Assembly: GCA_963735805.1 (NCBI GenBank)
Contig: CAVTMK010000002.1
Span: 192,001 to 256,000 of the forward strand
Source of the DNA: an uncultured Verrucomicrobiae bacterium
Lineage (GTDB): Bacteria > Verrucomicrobiota > Verrucomicrobiia > Chthoniobacterales > UBA10450
Direction of reading: 5' to 3'
DNA length: 64,000 bases
Shown: in pieces, positions 9,990 through 20,336 of the stretch
How the letters are laid out: each line of letters begins with the position of its first letter
Position numbering within the stretch: the stretch's first letter is position 1
Position numbers and translations under genes: made by a program
Notes under the pieces: model-generated
What the model was told of the DNA's origin: nothing
Databases searched by the model: none
Seen by the model: only the letters and a program-made list of their open reading frames with translations

Positions 9990-10045
9990 TGGCTCGTAAT
10001 GTCGGTTCTATGTCCTAGCAAGGACGTCGCACGATAAGATATTCT
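9990..10045 (+). promoter_or_regulatory. Putative GlxA-family activator boxes plus -10
   Basis: TGGCTC (9990) and TGTCCTA (10011) 21 bp apart; TATTCT 29 bp after the second box. Confidence 0.4.
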
Positions 10046-10060
10046 GGATTCAGAGAGGCA

Positions 10061-11125
10061 ATGAATCCAAAGCGGATAGGCTTTGTCGGTTTTGAGGGCG
10101 TTACTACATCGGATCTGACGCTTGCAGCCGATGTTTTTGCAGCCGCGACGCTCGATGTCGGCTATGGCAATCGGCTTTCCTGTTACCACGTCTGTACGAT
10201 TGGTTTTTCTTTCGAATGTTTTCGGTCTGAATCGGGAATTGCATTCAGACCAGACAGCACCCTGGAAACGGTGTCAGAGCTAGACACGATCATCGTTCCA
10301 GGCGGCAAAGGTCTCCGGCAATTGTTAGTTAGCGAAAGGATTGCCGACTGGATTCTGGCGCACGCAAAGCAGACGCGGCGCGTGGCTGCGATCGGTGCGG
10401 GAATTTATGGCGTAGCGCAAACAGGGTTGCTGGATGGCCGCGAAGTCACCACCCATTACCGTTACGCGAGCGATGTAACACGATGCTTTCCAAACCTAAG
10501 GATTGATCCGAGAAGGCACCTCGTTAAGGACGGGGCGTTTTATACATCGTCTGGTCCTCATGCAGCCAGCGATCTTGCGCTTGCCTTGATCGAAGAAGAC
10601 TATGGCAGGCATGTGGCATTGGCTTCTGCTCAGGAATTCGTTATGCCATCGACTAACGGGAATGGCCAACACAAGTTGCCGAGTCCGCTCGTGTTTGACA
10701 GTCAACCAGCTGATCGGTTTGCAGAACTCATCCCGTGGGTCATGCGAAATTTAACCCAAGACCTTTCAGTCAATACGCTTGCCCGAAGAGCCTGCATGTC
10801 TCCGAGCCATTTCAATCGGGCTTTCAAAAGTGTGTTTGGCAACACGCCAGCCGAGTTCGTAGAAACGCTGCGTATCAACGAGGCACGGCGCCGCCTTTCT
10901 GTTCCGAAGCGAACCCTGGATACGATCGCCGCATCCGTTGGTTTTGCAGATGCGCAAACATTTCAGCGCGCCTTCGAACGCAGAGTTGGAGCAAAGCCGC
11001 GCAGTTACCTGAAGAACGTCCACCCGATCTCGACAGCCCCTTCCTCTAACGGAGATGCGGTGCCTGAACCGGCGGCGAGAGCATTCGACCGGCGAGAGGC
11101 ACTAACGGTTCCGACCCAACATTAA
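10061..11125 (+). CDS. GlxA/FtrA-family AraC regulator (DJ-1/PfpI domain + HTH), copy 1
   Basis: DTIIVPGG, GLLDGR, MSPSHFNRAF, IAASVGF. Confidence 0.9.
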   Translation: MNPKRIGFVGFEGVTTSDLTLAADVFAAATLDVGYGNRLSCYHVCTIGFSFECFRSESGIAFRPDSTLETVSELDTIIVPGGKGLRQLLVSERIADWILAHAKQTRRVAAIGAGIYGVAQTGLLDGREVTTHYRYASDVTRCFPNLRIDPRRHLVKDGAFYTSSGPHAASDLALALIEEDYGRHVALASAQEFVMPSTNGNGQHKLPSPLVFDSQPADRFAELIPWVMRNLTQDLSVNTLARRACMSPSHFNRAFKSVFGNTPAEFVETLRINEARRRLSVPKRTLDTIAASVGFADAQTFQRAFERRVGAKPRSYLKNVHPISTAPSSNGDAVPEPAARAFDRREALTVPTQH

Positions 11126-11617
11126 GTCCTTCGTGTTTCAGCGAACAGGCGAGCTTAACTAGGGTCACCAAATCTGCGCGAAGCTACCACGCATGCTTGA
11201 GCTTCGCGTGAGCGCAGGAAGCCAAAAACGGTAATGGTTTAACTTCGATCTCAACGCAGCTCCGCGACATTCCACTTCGGCTCTAAATCATGCGATGGAG
11301 TGCAGTCTGGCTTTCGGGCAATCGAGCTTAGGCAATCGCTCGATTAGGTACGGGCGCACCTAGCAAGCCGTACAGACTCCATCCGACAAAAGAACGCGGC
11401 GGCATCTGTCTGTCACAATTCACAACTCAGCACGAGTGTTTGGAGCTATGAAGCTGGTGTCCACTCGATCTTTACAAAGGCTCCCCAAGACCTGTGAGGC
11501 ACTTCACGCGCTGCTAATCGGGCACGGCCGATCACCGCACGCTCACAACGGTTGGTGCAAGATTTCGCAGAGAACGCACAGGGCCGCACCATTGCTGCGG
11601 AACATTGCAATCAGGAC

Positions 11618-12649
11618 GTGAAGCCAAAAGCGGTTGGATTAATTCTATTCGAGCGGATCGCTGCCGACGAGTTGAGCGGACCGGGTCAAGTCTTCTTTCG
11701 AGCAACAACTGCAACCGGCGACGATAGCGAGTTCCAGTGTTATCAGGTGCTGACACTCGGGATAGGAACCGCGCGCTGTCTGACGGAGTGTGGCGTCATC
11801 GTAAAGCCCCAGCTGGATATCAGGGACGCGCCGCCCTTAGACACCATCATCGTTCCTGGCGGTTCTGGGATTCACGATGCGAGATTGAGCAAGAAGATCG
11901 CGAACTGGCTAGCTAGGCGAGCCCCGATTACCAGGCGCATCATAGCTCTCGGCGAAAGCGTTTATACCCTAGCCCAGACGGGGCTACTAGATAACCGCCA
12001 AGTTGCTGTTCATTGGCGTTTCGCCAAGGATGTCGCTCAAACATTTCCCAAGGTTCGTGTTATTTCCGACCGCCTGTTCGTAAAGGACGGCCGGTTTTAC
12101 ACATGTGCCGGTGGCATGTCGGCAGTTGATTTGTGTCTCTCTTTAATTGAAGAAGATTATGGTCGTCAGATTGCCTTGAAACTGGCGCGCGAACTCGTCG
12201 TTCACGTCAAACGATCAGGTGAACAGGAGCAATATTCTGAGGCGCTGCAGTTTCAAATTCAATCCTGCGACCGTTTCGCTGACATATCCTCCTGGATCTC
12301 GTGCAACCTTAACCAGGATCTTTCTATCGAAGCGCTTGCCCAGAGAACATGCATGTCACCCCGCAACTTTACCCGTTTGTTTAAGGCAGAGTTTGGAACA
12401 GCACCTGCGGAGTTTGTCGCTACCGTTCGTATGACTGAGGCGCGGCGACGATTGCTGATTCCCCGGAATAGCATTGAAAGTGTGGCAGCCTCCGTTGGCT
12501 TCAAAAGCGCGGATGCTTTTAGCCGGACATTTGAAAGACTCGTCGGGATCCGGCCAAGCACCTACCGCGGCAACCGGGGGGTTGTTCGCGCGAACTTTCA
12601 GAAGCTCGAAAAAACTTTCGGCATGTCGCGACCTTTGGCGCGCGCGTGA
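11618..12649 (+). CDS. GlxA/FtrA-family AraC regulator, copy 2
   Basis: Same domain motifs; GTG 11618 (VKPKAVG) aligns with the MNPKRIG and MNPKTIG starts of the paralogues. Confidence 0.9.
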   Translation: MKPKAVGLILFERIAADELSGPGQVFFRATTATGDDSEFQCYQVLTLGIGTARCLTECGVIVKPQLDIRDAPPLDTIIVPGGSGIHDARLSKKIANWLARRAPITRRIIALGESVYTLAQTGLLDNRQVAVHWRFAKDVAQTFPKVRVISDRLFVKDGRFYTCAGGMSAVDLCLSLIEEDYGRQIALKLARELVVHVKRSGEQEQYSEALQFQIQSCDRFADISSWISCNLNQDLSIEALAQRTCMSPRNFTRLFKAEFGTAPAEFVATVRMTEARRRLLIPRNSIESVAASVGFKSADAFSRTFERLVGIRPSTYRGNRGVVRANFQKLEKTFGMSRPLARA

Positions 12650-12866
12650 CGGCAATCGAAAGACCGTGGTGTCGCTCTTACTCTTTTCCTTCCCATTTGT
12701 ACACTTCGGAACCGCGCGCTTCGAAACACGAGTAGTAACAAGCAGAAGGCAGAAGGTAACCGCGGGGTGCAGAGACTCTCAAAACTTAGAGCTTGCGTCT
12801 ACGATTTGAACGCCCTCAAGACTTAATTGTCGTCGCGGTTATTCTAACTATGAAACAAATGGCCAC

Positions 12867-12943
12867 TGGCCCAAGCTCTCGGAATCTTGTCCGAAACTGC
12901 CGGATTTATGGCCTAACACGCTAGCTCGCGACGTTGATACTCT
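12867..12943 (+). promoter_or_regulatory. Three 21-bp-period boxes plus -10 upstream of TonB receptor 1
   Basis: TGGCCCA 12867, TGTCCGA 12888, TGGCCTA 12909; TACTCT at 12938. Confidence 0.5.
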
Positions 12944-13011
12944 CGCCTCATACGAGTGACCTAACAGTCATTCGATTTTGCCAAAGCAAATAAAACCTAA
13001 AGGAGAAACTA

Positions 13012-16000
13012 ATGACAAAAAACGTGCTAAATAAACTCGGATTCCTTGGCGCCGCTCTAACTGCGAGCGTCGGATTTCCTCTGATATTTGCATCGAACGC
13101 ATTTGCGCAGTTACCGGCTCCGGCCGCGCCGGGTACGCCAGCGCCTACGGCTGAGGTCGAGCGCGTGGTTGTGACCGGTTCGAACATTCCCACAGCGGAA
13201 GAAACCGGCCCGAATCCAGTGGACACGTATCGTCCACAGGACATCGAGAAACTAGGTATCCGAAGTGCAACTGACCTGCAGGAATTTATTCCGCAGGAAG
13301 CAGGCGGAACCGTCAACCTGAACATTGGTAACGGCGGTGATGGCACCGTCCAGTTCAACCTGCGCGGCCTCTTGCCGAAGGAGACGTTGATTCTGATCGA
13401 TGGAAAGCGTGTCGCCTCCGGTTCGTTGGACGTCGCCGGTGGCAGCTCGGCCGCGGATATTAACCTGATACCCTTCTCCATGATCGATCACATTGACATC
13501 CTCAAGGATGGGGCCTCAGCTGTGTACGGCTCCGACGCGATCGCTGGCGTGGTCAACTTCTTCCTGGTCCACAAATTCCGTGGCTTGGAGATTGGGGGCA
13601 CTTACGGAAACACAAACTTGGGAGGGTCCAATGATATGGGTGAGTGGGAGGCATGGCTCAAAGCCGGCACCGGCGATGATAAAACCGATATTGTGGTCAT
13701 TGCCGATTTCTGGCAGCGTACCGGCGGAGTTTTCAGTGCCGACCGCGATATTTCTGCTAACGGCTTCTTTGTTCCGTTTGGCGGGTTTGATGCACGCAGC
13801 GGCAATGAACCTGGCCGCGTTCAAGGTTTACGGTTGCTACCAACTTTGTTTTTCAGCGACAGCGCCCCGCCACCACATTCGGCGCCAAACGCGGCGACTT
13901 CTCCATTTTACGCTAACCCGTTTGCGGTTAATCCCAATGCATATCCGGGCGCGCCCGGTATCCACAATTCAAGAGTGACCCTCGACCAGACCGGTACTAA
14001 GTACAAAGGAGGTGGCGACTACTTCTTCTTTAACTTCGCGGCTTTCACGCCAGCGTTGCCGCCGGCAGACCGCCAAGTGTACTACGGCTCGTTTACCCGT
14101 GACCTGTGCGACAAGTACCTGACGGTGTTTGCCGACTTCAAATATGCACGCTCGTATTTCGATTCGTCATTAGCGGCAGTGCCGTTTACGCCTGATCCAT
14201 TTCACACACCAGGCACTAACACCTTCTTTAGTCCCACCGGTATTAGTGTGCCAATCTCGAATCCGTTCAATCCCTTTACAGTCGGGGACGCGACTCTGGT
14301 TGTTAACGGCGTGCCAGTCCCGGTGACTACTGGTGTTCGGTTTCGCGGCACGAACGATACCGGCCCACGGAGCGAGAAGTTCACTTACTGGGACCAACTC
14401 TTCGATACCGGTCTGCGGGGTGAGATGGGAGAATTTGGGGATTATTTCAAGACGTGGAACTGGGAAACGGGTTTCCGTTATTCTCGCAACGAAGGGCAGG
14501 ATTTGTCCATTGGCGAAGTGAGCCAGCCCGGATTGCGGGACGCCCTGTTGGACACAAATCCGGCTACGGCATTTAATCCCTTCGGTGGCTTTTTCCACCA
14601 AAATACCGCGGCAGCCAGGCAACAAGTTTATGTGACATTGCATAACTCAGGTGAGTATGAATTGCCTATCTATTACGCTACCATCAATGGCGATCTGTTC
14701 AGTCTGCCCGCGGGTCCGATCTCGTTTGCCATTGGCGGCGAGTACGACGCGCCGAGATTCACTCGTGATCGTGACGCGCTCAATAACACCTTTGACTCCA
14801 TTGGCTCAACGGATGGGCAAAGCTTCCGTGTGAACCGGGATATCTGGGGAGTCTACGAGGAAGTGCGTGTGCCATTCACAAGTCCCACATGGAACTTCCC
14901 TGGGTTCTACAGCTTCGAAGTGGATTTTGCCGAGCGGGAGGAATGGTACAGCAATAACACCTCAGCGGTGCTACCTTCTGGATTGTTCCCAGCCGTGCCA
15001 GCGGTGCACACCAGGTATAATGCGCAGAAGCCGAAGGTGTCGCTGCGTTGGCAGCCACTTGATCCCAAGTACATCGGTGCGGTGACAATACGCGGCAGCT
15101 ACAGTGAGGCGTTCCATGCTCCGACATTGTCTGAACTTACGCCCGCGTCGTCGCAAAACTTCCCGATCGTGGCCGATCCATTTACCGCCGGCAATCCCGT
15201 TAACAACCGGACCGAGCCGCAGATCGAGGAACGTATTCTAGGCAACCCGAATCTGCATCCGGAGACTGCCTACGAGTGGACCTACGGAATTGTTTACAGC
15301 CCGAAATGGGTCAAGGGCCTGACACTGAGCGCCGATTGGTGGCATATCGATATGCGGGACATCGTGACGACCCTCGGGGCGCAAACCATTATCGAGGAAA
15401 ATCCACCGACCCCCGGTATTCAACAGCAAGGGCCTCTGGTTTTCCGAGCCCCTACTGCAGTTCCTGGTGAGAATGGTCCAGTTACGCTGGTCATCGATCC
15501 TAACGAGAACCTTTCGGGCGCAGTTTTCGAAGGGCTCGACTACGAAGCGATCTATATTTTGGATTCGACGATCTTCGGACACGGCGATTGGGGAAGGTTG
15601 ACGAGCACGATCAACGGCACCTGGCTGTCACGGGCTGAGTTTCAAGTAGCGCCCGGAGTGAAACGGGTCGGTATCGCCGGTGAATTTCTACCGCCGGGAT
15701 TTGCTCTAACCAGTTCGCTGCCGTGGAATCGGGCTAACTTTAGTATCTTCTACGATGGCCCGGCTGATACGTGGATGAGTGGTTTAGATGTGGGAGCGAT
15801 AGTTCACTGGACCGGCGAGTATAACGATGACAATGCCAGTCTAACAGGAGCAACGAAGCTACAGGAGCCCAGGAGTGGTCCACTTTCGGAGCGGGCGCGC
15901 AACGTGGCCGCGTGGACTACGCTAGACCTCGTCCTCAACTACACGTTCAACATGCCACCGCCGACACCGGCCGAGGTACCGGGCTATGCCAAGGACGGTG

Positions 16001-16239
16001 GGAAGAATGTGAAGATGAAGGATGGCAAGGACAAAAACGTCGTGCCGGTCTCAACGGCTGAGTATGGCTGCAGTAACTGGCAGTGGTGGCTTAATAACAC
16101 GACCGTCACGCTGGGGATGCAGAACGTACTTGATGAAGATCCGCCGTTTGTGGCTGGTTCTTTCGAGAATGGTTACGACGAGTCGCTTGCTACCATCAAG
16201 GGTCGCTTCTGGTACGTCGGGTTGAAAAAGAGATTCTAG
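13012..16239 (+). CDS. TonB-dependent receptor, copy 1
   Basis: Signal peptide, VERVVVTGS, plug motifs (NLRGL, LIDGKR, ILKDGASAVYGSDAIAGVVN), C-terminal aromatic residue (GLKKRF). Confidence 0.92.
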   Translation: MTKNVLNKLGFLGAALTASVGFPLIFASNAFAQLPAPAAPGTPAPTAEVERVVVTGSNIPTAEETGPNPVDTYRPQDIEKLGIRSATDLQEFIPQEAGGTVNLNIGNGGDGTVQFNLRGLLPKETLILIDGKRVASGSLDVAGGSSAADINLIPFSMIDHIDILKDGASAVYGSDAIAGVVNFFLVHKFRGLEIGGTYGNTNLGGSNDMGEWEAWLKAGTGDDKTDIVVIADFWQRTGGVFSADRDISANGFFVPFGGFDARSGNEPGRVQGLRLLPTLFFSDSAPPPHSAPNAATSPFYANPFAVNPNAYPGAPGIHNSRVTLDQTGTKYKGGGDYFFFNFAAFTPALPPADRQVYYGSFTRDLCDKYLTVFADFKYARSYFDSSLAAVPFTPDPFHTPGTNTFFSPTGISVPISNPFNPFTVGDATLVVNGVPVPVTTGVRFRGTNDTGPRSEKFTYWDQLFDTGLRGEMGEFGDYFKTWNWETGFRYSRNEGQDLSIGEVSQPGLRDALLDTNPATAFNPFGGFFHQNTAAARQQVYVTLHNSGEYELPIYYATINGDLFSLPAGPISFAIGGEYDAPRFTRDRDALNNTFDSIGSTDGQSFRVNRDIWGVYEEVRVPFTSPTWNFPGFYSFEVDFAEREEWYSNNTSAVLPSGLFPAVPAVHTRYNAQKPKVSLRWQPLDPKYIGAVTIRGSYSEAFHAPTLSELTPASSQNFPIVADPFTAGNPVNNRTEPQIEERILGNPNLHPETAYEWTYGIVYSPKWVKGLTLSADWWHIDMRDIVTTLGAQTIIEENPPTPGIQQQGPLVFRAPTAVPGENGPVTLVIDPNENLSGAVFEGLDYEAIYILDSTIFGHGDWGRLTSTINGTWLSRAEFQVAPGVKRVGIAGEFLPPGFALTSSLPWNRANFSIFYDGPADTWMSGLDVGAIVHWTGEYNDDNASLTGATKLQEPRSGPLSERARNVAAWTTLDLVLNYTFNMPPPTPAEVPGYAKDGGKNVKMKDGKDKNVVPVSTAEYGCSNWQWWLNNTTVTLGMQNVLDEDPPFVAGSFENGYDESLATIKGRFWYVGLKKRF

Positions 16240-16268
16240 ATTTCTCTGTTAGTTAGTTAGGTTACAGG

Positions 16269-16309
16269 GAGGCAGCTCCGAAGATTCTTCGTAGCTGCCT
16301 CTTTATTTT
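16269..16309 (+). terminator. Intrinsic terminator
   Basis: GAGGCAGCT...AGCTGCCTC stem followed by TTTATTTT. Confidence 0.8.
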
Positions 16310-16438
16310 GTATGCGGCGCTTTATGAGGATGATTGCTGTCCGAATCGCTTTTCAAATCAGCGACGAGCGCGTAATGCCCGGAAGTCAAACTTCGAAAAG
16401 AGTGCCAACGAGAAAGCCTAACGATCCCAATTCGGTGG

Positions 16439-18010
16439 CTAAACACCTCTGGCCTTAAGTGCTGATGCCAGTTTAACAAGGCTTTCGCGTATCTGTGCCG
16501 GTGTCCACGCAGCGAAACCGAATATCAATGCCGGCTTTAATCTTGCCTGGATGCAGAAAAACGATAGCGAAGCCGGTCTCACTCCGATATCGAGCATGAC
16601 GCGTTTGATCTTCGGGAATTCTTCCTCGTGTTTCAGCCAGGCGACGATGTTCAATCCGGCTTCGGGGATCTGTAAGATGAAACGATCCCCCAGCAGCTGG
16701 TTGAACTGTTCGATGAAAAAATCTCGTCGCTCCGAATACATTTTTCGCATCCGTTTGATGTGACTGAGGAAAAAACCCTCGGTGATAAAGCGCGCCAGCG
16801 TGGCCTGATCGATCGGAGACGAATGTTGATCCATGGCGCTCCGGATCTTGATGAACGAATCGACCAGCGGCTCCGGCGCAACGATGTAACCCAGACGCAA
16901 CGAGGGACAAAGAATTTTGCTCATCGTTCCCGCATAAATCACCCGGCCCGAGTTATCAATCCCCTGCACCGAAGGAAGCGGCGGACCTGTGAAACGGAAC
17001 TCAGCGTCGTAGTCGTCCTCGAAGACGAACGCGTTGTGGGCGCGCGCGAAATCGAGCAAGGCGGTCCTGCGCGGGAAACTCATAGTCATTCCGAGAGGAA
17101 ATTGGTGCGAAGGAGTTATGTAGATCAGTTTTGGAAACGGTTCTCTAGGCGAACGCGCAAGCACGATCCCGTGGTCGTCCAGCGGCTTTGGCACTATTCT
17201 GGCGCCAGCCAGAGTTAGAACTCTTCGGGTCTGCTGGTAACAAGGATCCTCGATCCACGCGGGCTCCCCGGGATTTAGTAGTGCCGTTGCGCTAATCAAC
17301 ATCGCCTGTTGCATTCCACCCACAATCACAATCTGGTCGGGATTACAGCGCGCCGCTCTGAAATCGCATAAATAAGCCGCGAGTGCCTTGCGGAGGTCGG
17401 CGTCGCCGCGATTTGAGGCGTAACGCAAGAGATGTGCGCCTTTTTTTGCGAGAACCTGTGCTCTAAGCCGTTCCCAAACCCCGATGGGAAATTCATCGAC
17501 TGCCGGAATGCTGGGCACAAGCGAGATGCCCGCGCCCGCGCCTGTTGCTCCAAGATCAAACTGTTTTCCTACACGCTGGTCCGGAATTGATTTCGCCCGT
17601 TCAGAAATGCGAGGCAAAGACCCAGTCGCAGAGTGAACTGCCGGTCGGCCACGGTGGATTTGTTCGGGTGTATTGCGGTCGAATTTGTCTGCGTTTAGGA
17701 AGCTCTCGGGGAGAGGGGATGCTACAAATGTCCCCGATTTTGCTTTTGAACGAAGATAGCCTTCCGCATCAAGCTTCGAGAACGCAAGATTGACTGTCAG
17801 TCTGGAGATGCCCAAGTCGAGAGCCAGCGCGCGCGAGGAAGGAAGCCGCGAAGCGCCATCGCCAAAGCGACCTGATATTAGTTCATCGCGAATCTGGCGA
17901 TAAAGCTGCTGATGCAGCGGTTCGGTGGATGCGCGATCAAGTCGAATCATCTCGAACGCGATGATTGACCGGCGGCGCCTTTTCTTTAGAAGCGATTTCT
18001 TGTTAGACAT
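16439..18010 (-). CDS. MocR/GabR-family PLP-dependent regulator, copy 1
   Basis: GntR wHTH (RLPSSRALA), TPSHQFPLG, EDDYD, GTMSK. Confidence 0.93.
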   Translation of the reverse strand: MSNKKSLLKKRRRRSIIAFEMIRLDRASTEPLHQQLYRQIRDELISGRFGDGASRLPSSRALALDLGISRLTVNLAFSKLDAEGYLRSKAKSGTFVASPLPESFLNADKFDRNTPEQIHRGRPAVHSATGSLPRISERAKSIPDQRVGKQFDLGATGAGAGISLVPSIPAVDEFPIGVWERLRAQVLAKKGAHLLRYASNRGDADLRKALAAYLCDFRAARCNPDQIVIVGGMQQAMLISATALLNPGEPAWIEDPCYQQTRRVLTLAGARIVPKPLDDHGIVLARSPREPFPKLIYITPSHQFPLGMTMSFPRRTALLDFARAHNAFVFEDDYDAEFRFTGPPLPSVQGIDNSGRVIYAGTMSKILCPSLRLGYIVAPEPLVDSFIKIRSAMDQHSSPIDQATLARFITEGFFLSHIKRMRKMYSERRDFFIEQFNQLLGDRFILQIPEAGLNIVAWLKHEEEFPKIKRVMLDIGVRPASLSFFCIQARLKPALIFGFAAWTPAQIRESLVKLASALKARGV

Positions 18011-18016
18011 GCCTGC

Positions 18017-19603
18017 TCATTGACCTGCTTGAGCATTGCCTGCTCTTTGGAGTGACGACGCGAGTTTGATCAGACTTTCTCGAATCTGGGCCGGTGTCCA
18101 ACCGGCAAAACCAAAGACGAACGCCGGCTTGGGCGTGGCGCGAATGCAGTAAAACGACAACGGTGAAGGCTTGACTCCGATCTCAAGAGTAACACGGCTA
18201 ATCGCCGGCAAATCCTCCTCGCGTTTCAGCCACGCGACCATGTTCAAACCGCCCTCTGGAACCTGCAAAGTGAAACGATCGCCGAGCAAATTATTGAATT
18301 GCTTGATAAAGACTTCTCGCCGCTCGGCATAGATTCTCCGCATTCGTCGGATGTGACTGAGGAAAAATCCCTCGGTGATGAAACGCGCCAGTGTAGCCTG
18401 ATCGATTGCCGACGAGTGCTGATCCATTGTGCTGCGGATCTTCACCAGTGGATCGATCAACGTCTCCGGTGCAACCACGTAGCCAAGGCGCAGGGAAGGA
18501 TAAAGAATTTTACTCATCGTCCCGGCGTAGATCACTCGGCCGAAATCGTCGATTCCCTGCAGGCAAGGAAGCGGCGGTCCGGTAAAACGGAATTCCGCAT
18601 AAAAGTCGTCTTCAAAAACAAATGCATCGTGAGCACGTGCGAAATCGAGCAGGGCTGTTCTGCGCTCGAAACTCATTGTCATGCCGAGCGGGTATTGATG
18701 CGAAGGCGTTACATGGACGATTTTCGGTGGCTTTTCCTTTGGCGATCGCACGATCACAATGCCTTCTTGATCCAGCGGCCTCGGAACGACCTTGGCACCG
18801 GCCAAAATGAAGACTCTGCGCGCCTGGTGAAAACCGGGATCTTCGATCCATACAGGATCCCCTGGGTTCAGTAGCGCCATGGCGCTAATTAGCATTGCCT
18901 GCTGCATCCCTCCGACGATCAGGATTTGATCGGGATGACAGCGCGCGCCTCTAAAGTCACACAGGTACGTGGCAACGGCTTTACGCAGATCTGCGTCGCC
19001 ACGACTCGATGCGTGGCGAAGCAAATGAGCGCCTTTTTGTGCGAGCACCTGCGATCTAAGCCGCTCCCAAATATCTATGGGAAATTCATCAACTGCCGGG
19101 AGCCCGGGAACAAGGGAAACACCGGCTCCGGCACCAAGCGCGCCGAGATCAAATTGTTTTCCTACGCGCTGATCTGGAATCGCTTTTACTCGCTGGGAGA
19201 CACGAGCTCGGTGCTGGATTGGTTGATGCGTTTTCGGCTCGCCACGACGGATTCGCCCCCCCGCACGGCGTGCGAATTTGTTAGCAGTTAAGAAAGTTTC
19301 AGGAAGCGGATCCGCCACAAACGTTCCCGATCTGGCCTTCGAACGGAGATAGCCTTCCGCGTGGAGCTTTGAGAATGCGAGGTTAACTGTTAATCTCGAG
19401 ATTCCGAGATTAACGGCCAAGTCTCGAGAAGACGGGATCCGCGACGGACCGTCGGCGAAAGTGCCCGATTTCAGTTCATCGCGGATTTGGCGATAAAGTT
19501 GTTCGTGCAATGGCTCGGCTGCTTCTCGATCGAGCCGAATCATTTCGAATGCGATGATTGAACGTCGTCGCCGTTTCTTTACAGACGATTCCCTCCTGGA
19601 CAT
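18017..19603 (-). CDS. MocR/GabR-family PLP-dependent regulator, copy 2
   Basis: Tandem paralogue; start set at MSRRESSVKKRRRRS by alignment with copy 1. Confidence 0.92.
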   Translation of the reverse strand: MSRRESSVKKRRRRSIIAFEMIRLDREAAEPLHEQLYRQIRDELKSGTFADGPSRIPSSRDLAVNLGISRLTVNLAFSKLHAEGYLRSKARSGTFVADPLPETFLTANKFARRAGGRIRRGEPKTHQPIQHRARVSQRVKAIPDQRVGKQFDLGALGAGAGVSLVPGLPAVDEFPIDIWERLRSQVLAQKGAHLLRHASSRGDADLRKAVATYLCDFRGARCHPDQILIVGGMQQAMLISAMALLNPGDPVWIEDPGFHQARRVFILAGAKVVPRPLDQEGIVIVRSPKEKPPKIVHVTPSHQYPLGMTMSFERRTALLDFARAHDAFVFEDDFYAEFRFTGPPLPCLQGIDDFGRVIYAGTMSKILYPSLRLGYVVAPETLIDPLVKIRSTMDQHSSAIDQATLARFITEGFFLSHIRRMRRIYAERREVFIKQFNNLLGDRFTLQVPEGGLNMVAWLKREEDLPAISRVTLEIGVKPSPLSFYCIRATPKPAFVFGFAGWTPAQIRESLIKLASSLQRAGNAQAGQ

Positions 19604-19662
19604 ACCGATTTCCCCGGGGTCTTCCAATTCCAGTTCAATTTGCACGCGTATTCCAAAGCGCA

Positions 19663-19695
19663 AACTGGCATTATCATCTTCTTTCAACTGGCCAT
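19663..19695 (+). promoter_or_regulatory. Putative MocR operator (23-bp direct repeat)
   Basis: AACTGGC twice with a 23-bp period, between the divergent mocR and msrA genes. Confidence 0.55.
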
Positions 19696-19731
19696 TGCTA
19701 CATCAACCGATGTCGAAAAGTTGAGCGGAGT

Positions 19732-20307
19732 ATGCGGAAGGTTTGTGGTTGGTCATTGATCAGATGTAAATTCGAGTCGTTCTCTCTATTTTTGCCGTTG
19801 ACCTTCATCCTGGGTATGGCGCTTTGTCCGCAGGCACAAAGTGGCCCGGCAAATGTGGCCTATTTCGCGGGCGGCTGTTTTTGGTGCACGGAGGCAGTTT
19901 TTCAACAGGCACCGGGCGTGACATCGGTCGTCTCGGGTTATATGCAGGGCGCCGAGACCATACAGATCACGTTTAATCCAACAAAAACCAGCTACGACAA
20001 GCTGCTCAACCTATTCTGGCATGCACACAATCCGACCGAGGTCGATAGTCAGGGACCAGATACCGGAAAGCAATACCGTTCCGCCATCTTTTTTGTCGAT
20101 GATCAGCAGCATGCTGTAGCGGAAAAATCAAAGGCACAGGCGCAGAAATCGTTCCCAAAACCGATCGCAACCGAAATTGCCCGGGCCGGATCGTTTCGTC
20201 CGGCGCCAGAACATCATCAGAATTTCTGCCGGAAAAATCCAAACAATCCATACGTGCGACAAATAATAGATCCGAAGCTTAAGAAACTCGGCCTAAAACA
20301 ACCTTGA
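19732..20307 (+). CDS. msrA: Peptide-methionine (S)-sulfoxide reductase, shortened, probably exported
   Basis: GGCFWC, QGPDTGKQYRSAIF, HQNF; hydrophobic leader; start position uncertain. Confidence 0.85.
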   Translation: MRKVCGWSLIRCKFESFSLFLPLTFILGMALCPQAQSGPANVAYFAGGCFWCTEAVFQQAPGVTSVVSGYMQGAETIQITFNPTKTSYDKLLNLFWHAHNPTEVDSQGPDTGKQYRSAIFFVDDQQHAVAEKSKAQAQKSFPKPIATEIARAGSFRPAPEHHQNFCRKNPNNPYVRQIIDPKLKKLGLKQP

Positions 20308-20336
20308 GCTGCTAAGTAATTCAGGCCTGATAGGAA

